This document shows positions 47,257 to 59,400 of a stretch of 64,000 nucleotides of DNA, piece by piece. The translations under genes and the position numbers were made by a program. Position 1 is the first letter of the stretch. Each line of letters opens with the position of its first letter. The stretch lies in IMG/VR virus record IMGVR_UViG_3300022654_000689, one strand, 5' to 3'. This DNA comes from a virus. Taxonomy: Duplodnaviria; Caudoviricetes. The notes under the pieces were generated by a model. The model worked only from the letters and a program-made list of their open reading frames with translations, was not told the DNA's origin and searched no databases.

Positions 47257-49680
47257 TTATAAATCAGCAAGATTTCCTGTAAAGTCTTCAGCAGTTATAT
47301 GAGTAGCAGCTGCAGTTTCTAAAGCAGATATTCTATTAGCAGCGTCTACGTTTTCTAAAACTTTAACACGTCCCATTAATCCTTTACTATCGTCTCCAAC
47401 TACTACTTCTAAAGCGTCTATTTCTCCTTGAGCAGCATCTGCAGCATCTTGAGCAGCTTTTATAGCAGCATCTTTTCCGTCAGCTTGTTCTTTAGCATAA
47501 GCTTTAGCTTGAGCTAATATACCAGTTGTTTCGTTATTTATAGCAGCTATAGCTTCAGCATTTGCATCAGCATCGTCTTGAGCAGCGTCTGCAGCATCTT
47601 TAGCAGCTTGTATAGCAGCATCTTTTTCGTCAGCATAATCTTTAGCTTGTTTTAATATACCTGTTTCAGCATTGTTTATAGCATCTATAGCAGCTTGTAA
47701 TTGATCATGAGTATGAGCTGCAACGAAACTTTCAACAGCTGAAACTCTTCCAGCTAATGCGTCATCAGCATCTTTTCTAAGTTTAGCTTCATCAGCAACA
47801 GCTTTAGCAACAGATCCTGCTACTTCAGCTCCACCATTTAATACGCCTATAGCAGTTTCATTAGCTCCAACTCTAGCAACTAAAGCTTGAGCAGCAGCTC
47901 CATCATCAGTTATATATTTTTGGATTTCTTTTAATGTATCAACAGCAGCTTCTCCAGTGTCAGCAGCAGCCATGAAAGCATCTATATCCTCTTGAGCAGC
48001 TTTAGCAGCAGCTAATGCACCTGCAGCGTCAGCTTTAGCAGCAGCTTCAGCTTCGTCTATAGCAGCTTGTACAGTAGCTTTCTTTAATCCAACGAATTTA
48101 GCTTCGTTAGCTTCAACTCTGTCTTCTAAGTTTCCAGCAGCAGTATTAACATCAGCAACTAATTCATCAGCATATGCTTTAGCATCAGCTAATGCTTTTT
48201 TAACTGATCCGTCTCCATTTCCTTCTATAACAGCTAATCTGTCATTTTGAGCTTTGTCTTTAGCAGGTTGAGCAGCAACAAATGCTTCGTTAGCAGCTAT
48301 TCTAGTTTCGAATCCGCTTTCTACACCTTTAGCTCTAGTTTCTTCAGCTTTAACAGCTTTAGCAACAGATCCTTCTACGTCAGCTCCACCATTTAATACG
48401 TTTATAGCAGCTAGGTTGTCAGCTATTCCTTGTTCCATAACACTATGGTCATGATTTTGTTTGAAGTCTTCAACAGCTTCTAATCTGTCTACTAATCCAC
48501 CTTCGTCATCTAATCTTTTTTCTACAGCGTCTACTTCACCTTGAGCTTTATCTGCAGCTTGTTGAGCAGCATTAGCTAATCCTGCTATTCTTTCGTCTTC
48601 AGCTTCTAAATCTTCAACAGCTTTGTTAACAGCAGCTTCTATAGCAGCGTCAACACCTTGTTCCCCAACTTTTCCTTCTAACGCAGTGATTCTTCCATCT
48701 AAACCATTTTCTGCACCTGTAGCTCTAGTAACTTCAGCAGCTATTTTATTAGCTAAAGAACCTTCTTTATCAGCATTTTTTTCGTCAGCTAAAGCTTGTT
48801 CTACAGCGTCTACTTCACCTTGAACACCATCTATTCTTCCACCTAAAGCAGTATCAGCAGCAGCAAATTCTCCTCTTATAGCAGCTTCTACACCTTCTGC
48901 TCTTTCTTTTTCAACTTTAACATCAGCATCTATTTCAGCTTGTAATTCAGTTTTTAAAGCAGTATCTGCAGCAGCAAATGCAGCTTCTGCATCGTCTATT
49001 TCTTTTTGTAAAGCAGCTTTTAAAGCATCATCTTTGGCTTTAGCATCTGCAGCAGCTTGAACTAATAAACCATTTTCAGCATTATTTATAGCATCTATAG
49101 CATTTTGTAATTTTAAATCTTCAGCAGCAAATTCGCTTCTTAATTCACCATGATCAGCTTCTAATTCATTAACTCTTTTAATTAATCCACCTTCAGCATT
49201 TCCTACTACACCTTCTAAAGTGTCTACTTCACCTTGAGCTTTATCTGCAGCTTGTTGAGCAGCATCTGCAGCATCTGCAGCAGCTTTTATAGCGTTAGCA
49301 ACAGCTCCGCCTTCTTTATTAGCATTTTCTAATGCTAATATTTTAGCATCTTGAGCAGAGTCTATAGCAGGTTGAGCTTTAACAAATGCTTCGTTAGCAG
49401 CAACTCTTCCTTCTAAGTTTTCATCTTTAGCTTTTAAATCAGCAACATCTTTAACTAATCCCTTAGAAGCATCTCCAACTGTACCTTCTAAAGCATCTAA
49501 TCTACCATCAGTAGCAGTCATATAATTTTTTAAAGCTGAACCTTCTCCACCGCCTATGTCAGCTTTCATAGCTTCAAGGACTTCATTTAATAATTTTCCT
49601 TCTTCACAAACAACACAGTCCATTTTCGTAATAGGTAATATTTGTTCTTCACCTATTTTAAGTATTTTTTTGCTCGCCAT
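47257..49680 (-). CDS. Ala-rich trimeric coiled-coil fibre protein (start revised to ATG 49680)
   Basis: Long heptad repeats, DTLKEI motif, KKILK N-module; AAGGAG RBS before 49680; late promoter 49730-49719. Confidence 0.8.
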   Translation of the reverse strand: MASKKILKIGEEQILPITKMDCVVCEEGKLLNEVLEAMKADIGGGEGSALKNYMTATDGRLDALEGTVGDASKGLVKDVADLKAKDENLEGRVAANEAFVKAQPAIDSAQDAKILALENANKEGGAVANAIKAAADAADAAQQAADKAQGEVDTLEGVVGNAEGGLIKRVNELEADHGELRSEFAAEDLKLQNAIDAINNAENGLLVQAAADAKAKDDALKAALQKEIDDAEAAFAAADTALKTELQAEIDADVKVEKERAEGVEAAIRGEFAAADTALGGRIDGVQGEVDAVEQALADEKNADKEGSLANKIAAEVTRATGAENGLDGRITALEGKVGEQGVDAAIEAAVNKAVEDLEAEDERIAGLANAAQQAADKAQGEVDAVEKRLDDEGGLVDRLEAVEDFKQNHDHSVMEQGIADNLAAINVLNGGADVEGSVAKAVKAEETRAKGVESGFETRIAANEAFVAAQPAKDKAQNDRLAVIEGNGDGSVKKALADAKAYADELVADVNTAAGNLEDRVEANEAKFVGLKKATVQAAIDEAEAAAKADAAGALAAAKAAQEDIDAFMAAADTGEAAVDTLKEIQKYITDDGAAAQALVARVGANETAIGVLNGGAEVAGSVAKAVADEAKLRKDADDALAGRVSAVESFVAAHTHDQLQAAIDAINNAETGILKQAKDYADEKDAAIQAAKDAADAAQDDADANAEAIAAINNETTGILAQAKAYAKEQADGKDAAIKAAQDAADAAQGEIDALEVVVGDDSKGLMGRVKVLENVDAANRISALETAAATHITAEDFTGNLADL

Positions 49681-49735
49681 TACAATATCTCTCCTTTTCA
49701 TATAAGTTTTATTTTCAATATTAATTTGTTATCGA

Positions 49736-49758
49736 AAGCGGGAATAATATTCCCGCTT
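49736..49758 (-). terminator. Hairpin between fibre genes
   Basis: AAGCGGGAATA-A-TATTCCCGCTT. Confidence 0.6.
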
Positions 49759-49770
49759 CATTAATCTGTT

Positions 49771-52700
49771 TTATATATCTAAATCAGGGTATACTGTTGT
49801 ATCTTTAGTTGGTACAGCAGTTATATAATAAAGAGTTAATGTAGGATATGCAGGATCTTTAGCAGGTACATCTGCTTTAGTAGCTAATAAGTTTTCTAAT
49901 TCTTGAAGTTCATCCTTAGTAGCTAATCCTGTCATGTCTAATGATCCACCAGGTAATTGAGCTTCTGTTATTTTGTTATTAACGTAGTTCTCAGTAGCTA
50001 ATCCTTCTAAATCAGTTTTATCAGCTTTAGTAGCTAATGTATTAGTCATAGTTGTAGCAAAGTTAGGATCATTACCTAAAGCTTGAGCTAACTCATTTAA
50101 AGCATTTAATGTATCAGGAGCTTGCCCTACTAAATCTCCTATTTTAGTATCTACATATTCAGTAGTAGCTTTATTATCCCAAAGTGTAACTCTATCAGCA
50201 TTGATGTTATCTAATACTTCTTTATTAGCATGAGTATGAAGATCAGTTTTATCAGCTTTTAATTCTAATGCAGCGTCAACATCAGATTGATTAGCTTTTT
50301 TACTAACTTCTTCTTTAGTTTCATATACTGTTAAGTCAGGCTTTTCAGTTAATTCATTATAAGAACCGCTAAATTCTGATTTACTATCCCAAGCAGCTAC
50401 TTTAGCAGCATCTATTCCATCTAACACTTGTTTATTAGCATGCTCATGAGTATCAGCTTCAAGTGTTTCAAGTCTTTCTTTTACATCAGTATCATCGTAA
50501 TTATCAACATTAGCTAATCTTGCTATTTCAGTATCAGCAACTAATGATTTTCCTTCTACTTTATCTACTTTAAGATCTAAATCAGCTTTATCAGCTTTAA
50601 CATCTAACGCAGTATTCATTTCGTCAACCATAACTATTTCTTCAGGCACGTCTGATAAATCGTTAAATGAACCACTGAATAGTACTGGTAAATCCTCTAA
50701 GTCATTATATGAACCACTGAATTCTGATTTTTCATCCCAAGCAGCAACTTTAGCAGCGTCGATATTATCAAGAACTTGTTTATTAGCATGTTCATGAGTA
50801 TCCGCTTCAAGAGCAACAAGTCTATTTTTCACATCAGTATCATCATAGTTTTGTAACTCAGCTAATCTTGCTATTTCAGTGTCAGCTACTAATGATTTTC
50901 CTTCTAATTTATCTACTTTCTTATCTAAATCAGCTTTAGCAGCATAATCTTCATCATGATTATGATCTCCAGCTGCTTTATTATCCCAAGCAGTTATTTT
51001 TTCAGCAGTTAAAGCATCTAATAAATCTTTATTAGCATGTTCATGAAGATCAGTTTTGTCAGCTTTTAATTGTAAAGCATTATCAACATCAGTTGTATTA
51101 GCTTTGTCTTTTATAGCTGTTGATAATTCTTCGTCAGTAACAAATATTTCTAAGTTAGCTCCATCACTTTCTAATTGAGCTTTTTGTATTGCTTCATCTA
51201 TATATCCTTTAGTACCATAATTATCTAATTCAGTAGATAACATTCCAGTAGTAACATGATCAGTTGGTTTACCTTCTAGGTCTTCATATTTTCCACTGAA
51301 GTTAGATTTCGCATTCCAAGAATCTATTAAATCTTGATTTATTTGGTCTAACGCATCTTTATTTTCATGTTCATGAAGATCAGTTTTATCAGCTTTAAGA
51401 GATAATGCTTGGTCTACGTCTTCTTTTTTAGCTAATGGCTCTAAATCAGTAGATTTAGCTAATCCTTCTATAGATGGTATTTCAGGAGTATCAGTTAAAT
51501 CAGTATATGAACCACTGAATTCTGATTTACTATCCCATGCAGCAACTTTAGCAGCGTCGATATTATCTAGTACAGCTTTATTAGCATGACTATGTAAATC
51601 TCCAGAATTAGCTTTTCCGTCGATTAATTCTCTTAATTCAGAATCGTCATAGTTTTGTAATTCAGCTAATCTTGCAATTTCAGTATCAGCTATTAATGAT
51701 TTACCTTCAACTTTATCTACTTTTCCATCTAAATCAGCTTTAGCGGCATAATCTTCGTCATGATTATGATCAGCTTCAGCTTTATTATCCCAAGCAGCTA
51801 TTTTTTCAGCATTTATTCCATCTAAAGCTTCTTTATTTTCATGGTTATGTAATTCAGATTTATCAGCTTTTAATGCTAATGTCGCATCAACATCTGCCTG
51901 ATTAGCTAGAGGTCTTATAGCATCAGCTAATTCAGAATCAGTAACAAATCCTGAAAGGTCTACTTCTTCTCCTTCTAATTTAGCTTTTGCTATTTCTTCT
52001 GTAACATATTCTTTAGAAGCATAGCTTTCTAATTCAGTAGATAACATTCCAGTAGTAACATGATCAGTTGGTTTACCTTCTAAATCTTCATATTTTCCAC
52101 TGAAATTAGATTTAGCATTCCATGCATCTATTTGATCTTGATTAATTTGAGCTAACGCGTCTGCATTTTCATGGTTATGTAATTCAGATTTATCAGCTTT
52201 TAATGCTAATGCTTGATTTACATCTTCTGATTTAGCTAATGGTTCTAAGTCAGTAGATTTAGCTAATCCTTCTATACTAGGTATTTCAGGTTTATCAGTT
52301 AAATCATTATAAGAACCACTGAATTCTGATTTTTCATCCCAAGCAGCAATTTTAGCATCATCGATTTTGTCAAGAACTGCTTTATTATTATGAGTATGTA
52401 AATCAGTTTTATCAGCTTTTAATCCTAAAGCATTATCAACATCAGTTTGATTAGCTTTTGCATTTACTTCTTCTTTAGTAGCAAATCCAACTAAATCATT
52501 TTGTTCTACTTTAGCATTTAAAGCTTCTCGTATTTCAGAATCATCATAGTTATCAACTTTGGATAATCTTTCAATTTCTTCGTCATCTACTAAAGATTTA
52601 CCTTCAATTTTATCTACTTTTCCATCTAAATCAGTTTTATCAGCTTTTAATCCTATTTGATTAGAAACAGTAGTAGCAAAACTTGCATCGTCTTTTAATG

Positions 52701-53757
52701 CAGCTGCTAACTCATTTAACGTATTTAAAGTTTCAGGTGCAGAATCTACTAAATTAGCAACTTCGTCTTTAACGAAAGCTTCAGTAGCTAATCCTTCTAT
52801 ACTAGGTATTTCAGGAGTATCAGTTAAATCTTTATATGACCCAGTGAAATTTGATTTTTCATCCCAAGAAGCAATTTTAGCATCATCGATTTGATCAAGA
52901 ACTGCTTTATTACTATGAGTATGTAAATCAGTTTTATCAGCTTTTGCGTCTAACATAGAAACGTCAGCTTTAGCATCAAGCATTGATATATCGGCTTTAG
53001 CGTCTAATGCAGTTTTATCAGCTTTAAGATCTACTGCATCTTGAGTAGCTAATCCTTCTATAGATGGTATTTCAGGTAAGTTTTCTAAGCTGTTATAGTC
53101 ACCATCGAAATCTGATTTTGCATCCCATAATGCCATTCTAGCAGCATCTATTTTGTCAAGATCATCTTTATTAGCGTGTTGATGTAGTTCAGTTCTATCA
53201 GCTTTATAACTTAATTCATCTTTAGTTGCATATCCAGATAAATCTACTTCTTGATCTCCACCATTTAATTCAGCTTCAGCTATTGCATTTCTAACGAAAG
53301 TTTCAGTAGCTAAACCATCAACTGAAGGTATTTCATCTTTAGTAGCATAGTTAGCTAATTCAGCACCTAACATTCCAGTAGTTACATGATCAACTGGCTT
53401 ACCTTGTAAGTCTTCATAATTTCCACTGAAGTTAGATTTTGCATTCCAAGATTCTATATGATCTTGAGTAATTTGGTCTAATACATCTTTATTATCGTGT
53501 TCGTGTGAATCTCCAGCAGCGGTTTCTCCCCCACCTACACCAAACTCTTTCCATTCAGTTCCATTGTATTGGTATGTCTTATCTTCACTGATTACGTATA
53601 CAATTAACCCTGGATAAGCACGGTTACCTGTAACATGAGCGTCACGTTCTTCTATAGTATTAGCTACTAAACGTGCGTCTAATGGTGCTTTAGCACCTAG
53701 ATCAAATCCAGATGCTAAAGGAATTCCCCTACCAAAGAAAGTGTTATTATCTGCCAT
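49771..53757 (-). CDS. Long repetitive tail fibre protein
   Basis: Many HxHxNKxxLDxI...W repeats, KVDKVEGKSL, APxTLNxLxELAxAL..D..FATT phage fibre repeats; N-terminal GF....PLDAR module. Confidence 0.85.
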   Translation of the reverse strand: MADNNTFFGRGIPLASGFDLGAKAPLDARLVANTIEERDAHVTGNRAYPGLIVYVISEDKTYQYNGTEWKEFGVGGGETAAGDSHEHDNKDVLDQITQDHIESWNAKSNFSGNYEDLQGKPVDHVTTGMLGAELANYATKDEIPSVDGLATETFVRNAIAEAELNGGDQEVDLSGYATKDELSYKADRTELHQHANKDDLDKIDAARMALWDAKSDFDGDYNSLENLPEIPSIEGLATQDAVDLKADKTALDAKADISMLDAKADVSMLDAKADKTDLHTHSNKAVLDQIDDAKIASWDEKSNFTGSYKDLTDTPEIPSIEGLATEAFVKDEVANLVDSAPETLNTLNELAAALKDDASFATTVSNQIGLKADKTDLDGKVDKIEGKSLVDDEEIERLSKVDNYDDSEIREALNAKVEQNDLVGFATKEEVNAKANQTDVDNALGLKADKTDLHTHNNKAVLDKIDDAKIAAWDEKSEFSGSYNDLTDKPEIPSIEGLAKSTDLEPLAKSEDVNQALALKADKSELHNHENADALAQINQDQIDAWNAKSNFSGKYEDLEGKPTDHVTTGMLSTELESYASKEYVTEEIAKAKLEGEEVDLSGFVTDSELADAIRPLANQADVDATLALKADKSELHNHENKEALDGINAEKIAAWDNKAEADHNHDEDYAAKADLDGKVDKVEGKSLIADTEIARLAELQNYDDSELRELIDGKANSGDLHSHANKAVLDNIDAAKVAAWDSKSEFSGSYTDLTDTPEIPSIEGLAKSTDLEPLAKKEDVDQALSLKADKTDLHEHENKDALDQINQDLIDSWNAKSNFSGKYEDLEGKPTDHVTTGMLSTELDNYGTKGYIDEAIQKAQLESDGANLEIFVTDEELSTAIKDKANTTDVDNALQLKADKTDLHEHANKDLLDALTAEKITAWDNKAAGDHNHDEDYAAKADLDKKVDKLEGKSLVADTEIARLAELQNYDDTDVKNRLVALEADTHEHANKQVLDNIDAAKVAAWDEKSEFSGSYNDLEDLPVLFSGSFNDLSDVPEEIVMVDEMNTALDVKADKADLDLKVDKVEGKSLVADTEIARLANVDNYDDTDVKERLETLEADTHEHANKQVLDGIDAAKVAAWDSKSEFSGSYNELTEKPDLTVYETKEEVSKKANQSDVDAALELKADKTDLHTHANKEVLDNINADRVTLWDNKATTEYVDTKIGDLVGQAPDTLNALNELAQALGNDPNFATTMTNTLATKADKTDLEGLATENYVNNKITEAQLPGGSLDMTGLATKDELQELENLLATKADVPAKDPAYPTLTLYYITAVPTKDTTVYPDLDI

Positions 53758-53776
53758 TTAATTCCATCTCCCTTTC

Positions 53777-54895
53777 TTAGTATTTAAATGTCATATTGAA
53801 GTTAGTATTTGTATTAGCTCCATTAGCATATACATAATATGCTTGAGCTGTTCCATCTAAACCTACTACAGAAACTTCAGTTCTAGTGAAAGTTCCTATT
53901 TGTTCGAATCCATTAGGGTCTAATATTGATTTTAGAACACCATAAGATTTAGGATAAGCTATAACCATACGTTGATTGTCTGATGTAAATGAATATGTTT
54001 TATTACCTTTTGCAACAACTTGTTTAGTTAGTCCTTTAACTACGTCAGCTGTTATTTCAACACCATCTGCAACTACTCCATAATAATATGGATAATAGAA
54101 ATTAAGAGCTACAGTATTAGCTGTAACTGATTTTCCACTTGCATCAGTTGCTACAACTTTAAAGTAACTAGTTGACGCAGTTTTAATAACTTGTTGAGCT
54201 GGATCGAATTCGTGTACAAAACTACCACCACCTGCAACGTCTTCAGTTACTTCTTCAACAACCGCATTATTTACATAAAATTTAACACTAGTTATATTTT
54301 CTGATTTTTTAATAACATTTGCAGTTATTCTGCTAACTTCAATAGTTTGACCAAATTCATATACTCCACCAGTTGGAGTGTATCCTAATGATGCAGATAC
54401 AGTTGGCTGAACGTAAGGATATAATAATTTAGTTAAAACTTGTTGTATTGACATACCATTTAAATCAGTTCCGGCTGGTATTCCGCCTAACGCAGATACA
54501 GTTTTCATATCAGCTTTGAATACATCATTTTCAGCAACTTCTTCTAGTTCTTCTTTAGTTGCTAATCCAGATATATCAACACTTCCTCCGCCTACTCCAG
54601 CTTCAGCTATCGCGTCTTCAACAAACTCTTTAGTTACATATGGCAATTCTTGATACGTATCAACTAAAGCATTTTTTATAGTAGATAAACCAGATTTACC
54701 ATCTTTCAATGTTAATACTTCAAATCTTTTGCCAGTATCTTTAACATATACAATCATACCAATATATGGTTTTGGTATTGACATAATATCTGCTTCTGTT
54801 TCTACTCTACATCTAACGTCTAAAGGTGTATCAGTAGTAGATGGTTTAAAACCGCCTTTAGATGCTGATGCATTAAGATTAAAATCTGTAGCCAT
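53777..54895 (-). CDS. Fibre connector protein (PLDxR N-module, Ig-like domain, YYG...AYP..YG.L..I.D.NGF C-module)
   Basis: N-terminal ~70 aa near-identical to 54919..56412. Confidence 0.75.
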   Translation of the reverse strand: MATDFNLNASASKGGFKPSTTDTPLDVRCRVETEADIMSIPKPYIGMIVYVKDTGKRFEVLTLKDGKSGLSTIKNALVDTYQELPYVTKEFVEDAIAEAGVGGGSVDISGLATKEELEEVAENDVFKADMKTVSALGGIPAGTDLNGMSIQQVLTKLLYPYVQPTVSASLGYTPTGGVYEFGQTIEVSRITANVIKKSENITSVKFYVNNAVVEEVTEDVAGGGSFVHEFDPAQQVIKTASTSYFKVVATDASGKSVTANTVALNFYYPYYYGVVADGVEITADVVKGLTKQVVAKGNKTYSFTSDNQRMVIAYPKSYGVLKSILDPNGFEQIGTFTRTEVSVVGLDGTAQAYYVYANGANTNTNFNMTFKY

Positions 54896-54918
54896 TAATT
54901 ATCAACTCCTTTTTTAAA

Positions 54919-56412
54919 TTAATTTTCATCGATGTGGATTGTATAATTTGCTCCACCATTAGTATCATACATTCCTGATAGTCTATATTTGATACCGTCT
55001 ATTTCATTTACTAATTCAACATTGTCTAATGATAACCCAGACACTGTATCAAATTCTGTGAAACTACATTTTTTACCATTACCTTCATCCATTGAAGCTA
55101 CTAAAGTACTATCTACAGGTAATATTACACATATAAATCCATTAGCTGGTACTTCTAACTCAACAGAACCTACAGCTTCAGGTTCAGCTTCTATTAATGA
55201 TCCATTATCTATACCAAATTTCATTATATCATAAGTCATATTTCCATTTATATGATTAGTTTCAGAGAATCCAGCAACTCCAGTTTCATCGTATGGTATA
55301 TATCCATACCACATTTTTGAATTAGCAGGGCCAGCCATAACAGGATAACACTTAGGTAAATTGAATATTACTGTTATATTAGGGAATTCTCCTACCATTT
55401 CAACTGAAGGTTCAAATCCATTTTCAATCATATTTACTTGGAATTGATAATTAGCACCATTAATAACTCCATCTTGAGTTATTTGAATATTAGAACCTGC
55501 TTTAACACCACCTAATTCTTCATTAGTAGCAACTGGAAGTTCATAATTGTCAACGTTAGCTAATCTTTCTATTTCAGCATCATCTACAAGAGATTTTCCT
55601 TCTACTTTATCTACTTTAGCACCTAGTCCTTCATTAACAAAGTTTTCAGTAGCTAGTCCTTCTATAGATGGTATTTCAGGTTTATTAGTTAAATCATTGT
55701 AATCTTTACTAAATAATTCTGATTTATCAGCTTTATTAGCTAATATTCCTCTTATTTCAGCGTCATCATAATTGTCAACGTTAGCTAATCTTGCTATTTC
55801 AGCATCATCAACAAGAGATTTACCTTCCACTTTATCTACTTTGTTAGTTAACCCTTCATTAACAAAGTTTTCGCTAGCTAAACCTTCTATACTAGGTATT
55901 TCAGGTTTATTAACTAAGTCATTATAATCTTTATTGAATAATTCAGATTTATCAGCTTTATTAGCTAATATTCCTCTTATTTCAGCGTCATCATAGTTAT
56001 CAACATCTGCTAATCTTGCTATTTCAGCATCATCAATTAATGATTTACCTTCTGCCTTATCTACTTTGTTAGCTAACCCTTCATTAACAAAGTTTTCAGT
56101 AGCTAATCCTTCTATATTAGGTATTTCAGGCTTATCAGCTAAGTCATTATAAGAAACTATTAATTCTCTATATTCATTAACTGCAGCGTTTTTAACAACA
56201 GATAATCCAGCTTTAATATCTTTTAATGATAATACTTCAAATCTTTTACCAGTATCTTTAACATATATTACCATACCAATATATGGTTTTGGTATTGACA
56301 TAATGTCTGCTTCTGTTTCTACTCTACATCTAATATCCAAAGGTGTATCAGTAGAGGACGGTTTAAAACCGCCCTTAGAAGCAGATGAGTTAAGATTAAA
56401 ATCTGTAGCCAT
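54919..56412 (-). CDS. Fibre segment protein
   Basis: N-terminus shared with 53777..54895, repeats shared with 49771, C-terminal ~180 aa shared with 56441..59899. Confidence 0.8.
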   Translation of the reverse strand: MATDFNLNSSASKGGFKPSSTDTPLDIRCRVETEADIMSIPKPYIGMVIYVKDTGKRFEVLSLKDIKAGLSVVKNAAVNEYRELIVSYNDLADKPEIPNIEGLATENFVNEGLANKVDKAEGKSLIDDAEIARLADVDNYDDAEIRGILANKADKSELFNKDYNDLVNKPEIPSIEGLASENFVNEGLTNKVDKVEGKSLVDDAEIARLANVDNYDDAEIRGILANKADKSELFSKDYNDLTNKPEIPSIEGLATENFVNEGLGAKVDKVEGKSLVDDAEIERLANVDNYELPVATNEELGGVKAGSNIQITQDGVINGANYQFQVNMIENGFEPSVEMVGEFPNITVIFNLPKCYPVMAGPANSKMWYGYIPYDETGVAGFSETNHINGNMTYDIMKFGIDNGSLIEAEPEAVGSVELEVPANGFICVILPVDSTLVASMDEGNGKKCSFTEFDTVSGLSLDNVELVNEIDGIKYRLSGMYDTNGGANYTIHIDEN

Positions 56413-56440
56413 TATAACATCCCCTTCTTATTATATTAAA

Positions 56441-59400
56441 TTATTTTTCTTGAACATAAATTGTATATCTTGCTCCACCATTAGTATCATACATTCCTGA
56501 AAGTTTATATGTAACACCATTTATTTTGTTAACTAGTGTACGATCATCTAATGATAATCCAGAAACTGTATCAAAGTCACTAAATGTTCCAGCATTTCCT
56601 ATACCATCATCTATAAGTCCTATTAAATTACTATCTAATGGTAGTATTGTACATAAGAAACCATTTGCTCCTACTAAAAATTCTGTAGCTCCTAAAACTC
56701 CTGGTTCAGCTTCAATTAAAGTTCCATTGTCTATACCGAATTTCATTATATCATAAGTCATATTTTCATTTATATGATCTACTTCAGAGAATCCTGCTAC
56801 TCCACTTTCGTCATATGGTATCCATCCATACCACATTTTTGGAGTCCCTGGTTCTTCCTCTTCTCCTTCTCCACCGCCTTCAACAACGCTTCCAGCAGGT
56901 ATGTTAAATACAACAGTAATATTTGGATAATCTCCTTGCATAGAAACAGATGCAGCTTCTCCAGCAGCTATCATATTAATTTTGAATTGATAGTTTGCAT
57001 TGAATACTCCAGCTAGTCTTTCTATTTCAGCATCATCTACAAGAGATTTATTTTCAACTTTATCTACTTTACCAGATATATCAACTTGAGGATGTTCTAT
57101 TGCAGCTATTTGTTGATTAACGAATTCTTCACTAGCTAATCCTTCAACAGATGGTATTTCAGACTTATCAGCTTTATCAGCTATCATTTCTCTTAATTCA
57201 GAATCATCATAAGCTAAATCTTCGTCAACTGGTCTTTCTACTTTTTCTAACATAGAAATATCACCATTGTTGACAACACAGTCCATTATAGAACCTTTAA
57301 CGTCTTCAGCAATCATTTCAACTCCATTGTCAGTACCAAATTTGAAATTATTAACTGTTCCTCCGTTTAATTCTACAAATCCGTCTTCTATTATACCATT
57401 AACAGTAGCGTCTTCAGTTTCTCCACCGAAGTATAGATTTTGAACAATACCGTCATTTAATACAAATCTAGCTTTGAATACAACACCTCTGTTTGTTGAT
57501 TGAGCTACTTTAACAGAACCTCCGTTTAGAACTATTTCAGCATTTCTTGTCATACCATTAGAACCACCAGCTGTTACCCAACCGATTTCACAATTGTTAA
57601 ATTCTGCATAAACATCATCTGCAACACCATTTCCTTGTGATCCACCGAAGAATGTAGAAGATATTTTACAATTAGTCATTTTAATATTTATATCGTCTAC
57701 TACGTTCATTCTAGTTGCTTTACCGTTAACAGATGCACCACACCAACCAGCACCCATAACAGAAACAAATTCGCAGTTTTCAGCTTCCATGTTAACATGG
57801 CCTACCATACCTTCGAAATAGCATCCACCAACTAAACCTTTGATTTTAACATCTCTAACAATCATATTAGTTTGAGGTATGGAACGTCTAGCTCCAATAT
57901 TTCTATCTCCAAAACCACCAACTAAATAAACTTTAGCAGCTTCTTCTTTTTCAACTACTATAGCTTCAAATCCTTCCGCCCATCTATAAACGAATGCTAC
58001 TGCATCTTCAGGTTTTTCAGCATCATACTTATGTCCTATATTAGGTTCAACTGTCATTGGTTGACCACAAGCAAATAAGAATTTACTAGTTGGATACGCT
58101 GCAACATCAGTTAGATAAGGTTTTTCTTCATCTATTAATACTCTCAATTCAGAATCATCATAGTTATCAACATTTGCTAGTCTAGCTATTTCTTCATCAG
58201 CTACTAGTGATTTCCCTTCAACTTTATCTACTTTAGCATCTAAATCTTCTTTAGTAGCAAAACCTGACAAATCAATTCCTTCACCGTTTTCGCCGCCACC
58301 TAATTGAGCTTCAGCTATTTTTTGATTAACAAAATCTTCACTAGCTAGTCCATCTATAGATGGTATTTCAGGTTTGTTAACTAAGTCATTATAATCTTTA
58401 CTGAATAGTTCGTCTTTTCCAGCTTTACCATCTATCATTTCTCTTAATTCAGTATCATCGTAATTATCTACATTAGCTAGTCTAGCTATTTCAGCGTCGT
58501 CAACTAAAGATTTACCTTCTACTTTATCTACTTTATTATCAATTAATCCTCTTAATTCAGCATCATCGTAATTTTTAAATTGATCTAAATCATCTTTAGT
58601 AGCTAAATTACTTAAATCAGGAACTTTATATAGTTCAGGACGAATTAAATTATCATCACCAAATATATGAATTCCTTGGACTGCATTATTTATTTTATCT
58701 CTTACAGCTTGATGAAGATCTTCTTCAGGAATTCCATCATCAGGTTTGTTATATTTTGCATTCCATATGTCTCTTTCACCTGAAAGAACATGAGCATCGT
58801 TGTCGTCTCTATGAATTCCCCATTCGTTATTTATGAAATCTTCATAATCTTCTTTTGATACATAATCACCTGATATACTTCCTTCTCTTTCAGGTAATAA
58901 TTCATCTCTCACCTTACCAGATAAAGGATCAACTATATCGCTAAATGGGAATATTTTAGCCATTTCATCTTTTATGTCATTTCCTAAATGAGAAAATTTT
59001 AAACCGTCAGCAGGCATATCAAATTTATTATCCCATTCAATTATTTTAGCATCATTTATTGTATCTAATAGTGCTTTATTTTCATGAACATGGAAATCAG
59101 TCTTATCAGCCTTTTCAGATATAAGATCTCTTAATAAAGAATCGTCATAGTTATCAACATTTGCTAGTCTAGCTATTTCAGCGTCGTCAACTAAAGATTT
59201 ACCTTCTACTTTATCTACTTTATTAGCTAATTCGTCTTTAGTAGCTAATCCTGATAGATCTATTTCTTGGTCTCCACCACCTAATTCAGCTTCAGCTATA
59301 GCATTTCTAACAAAATTTTCAGTAGCTAAACCTTCTATAGAAGGTATTTCTGATTTATCTGCTTTAAGAGCAAGTTTAGCATCTATAACCGCTAATTCTT

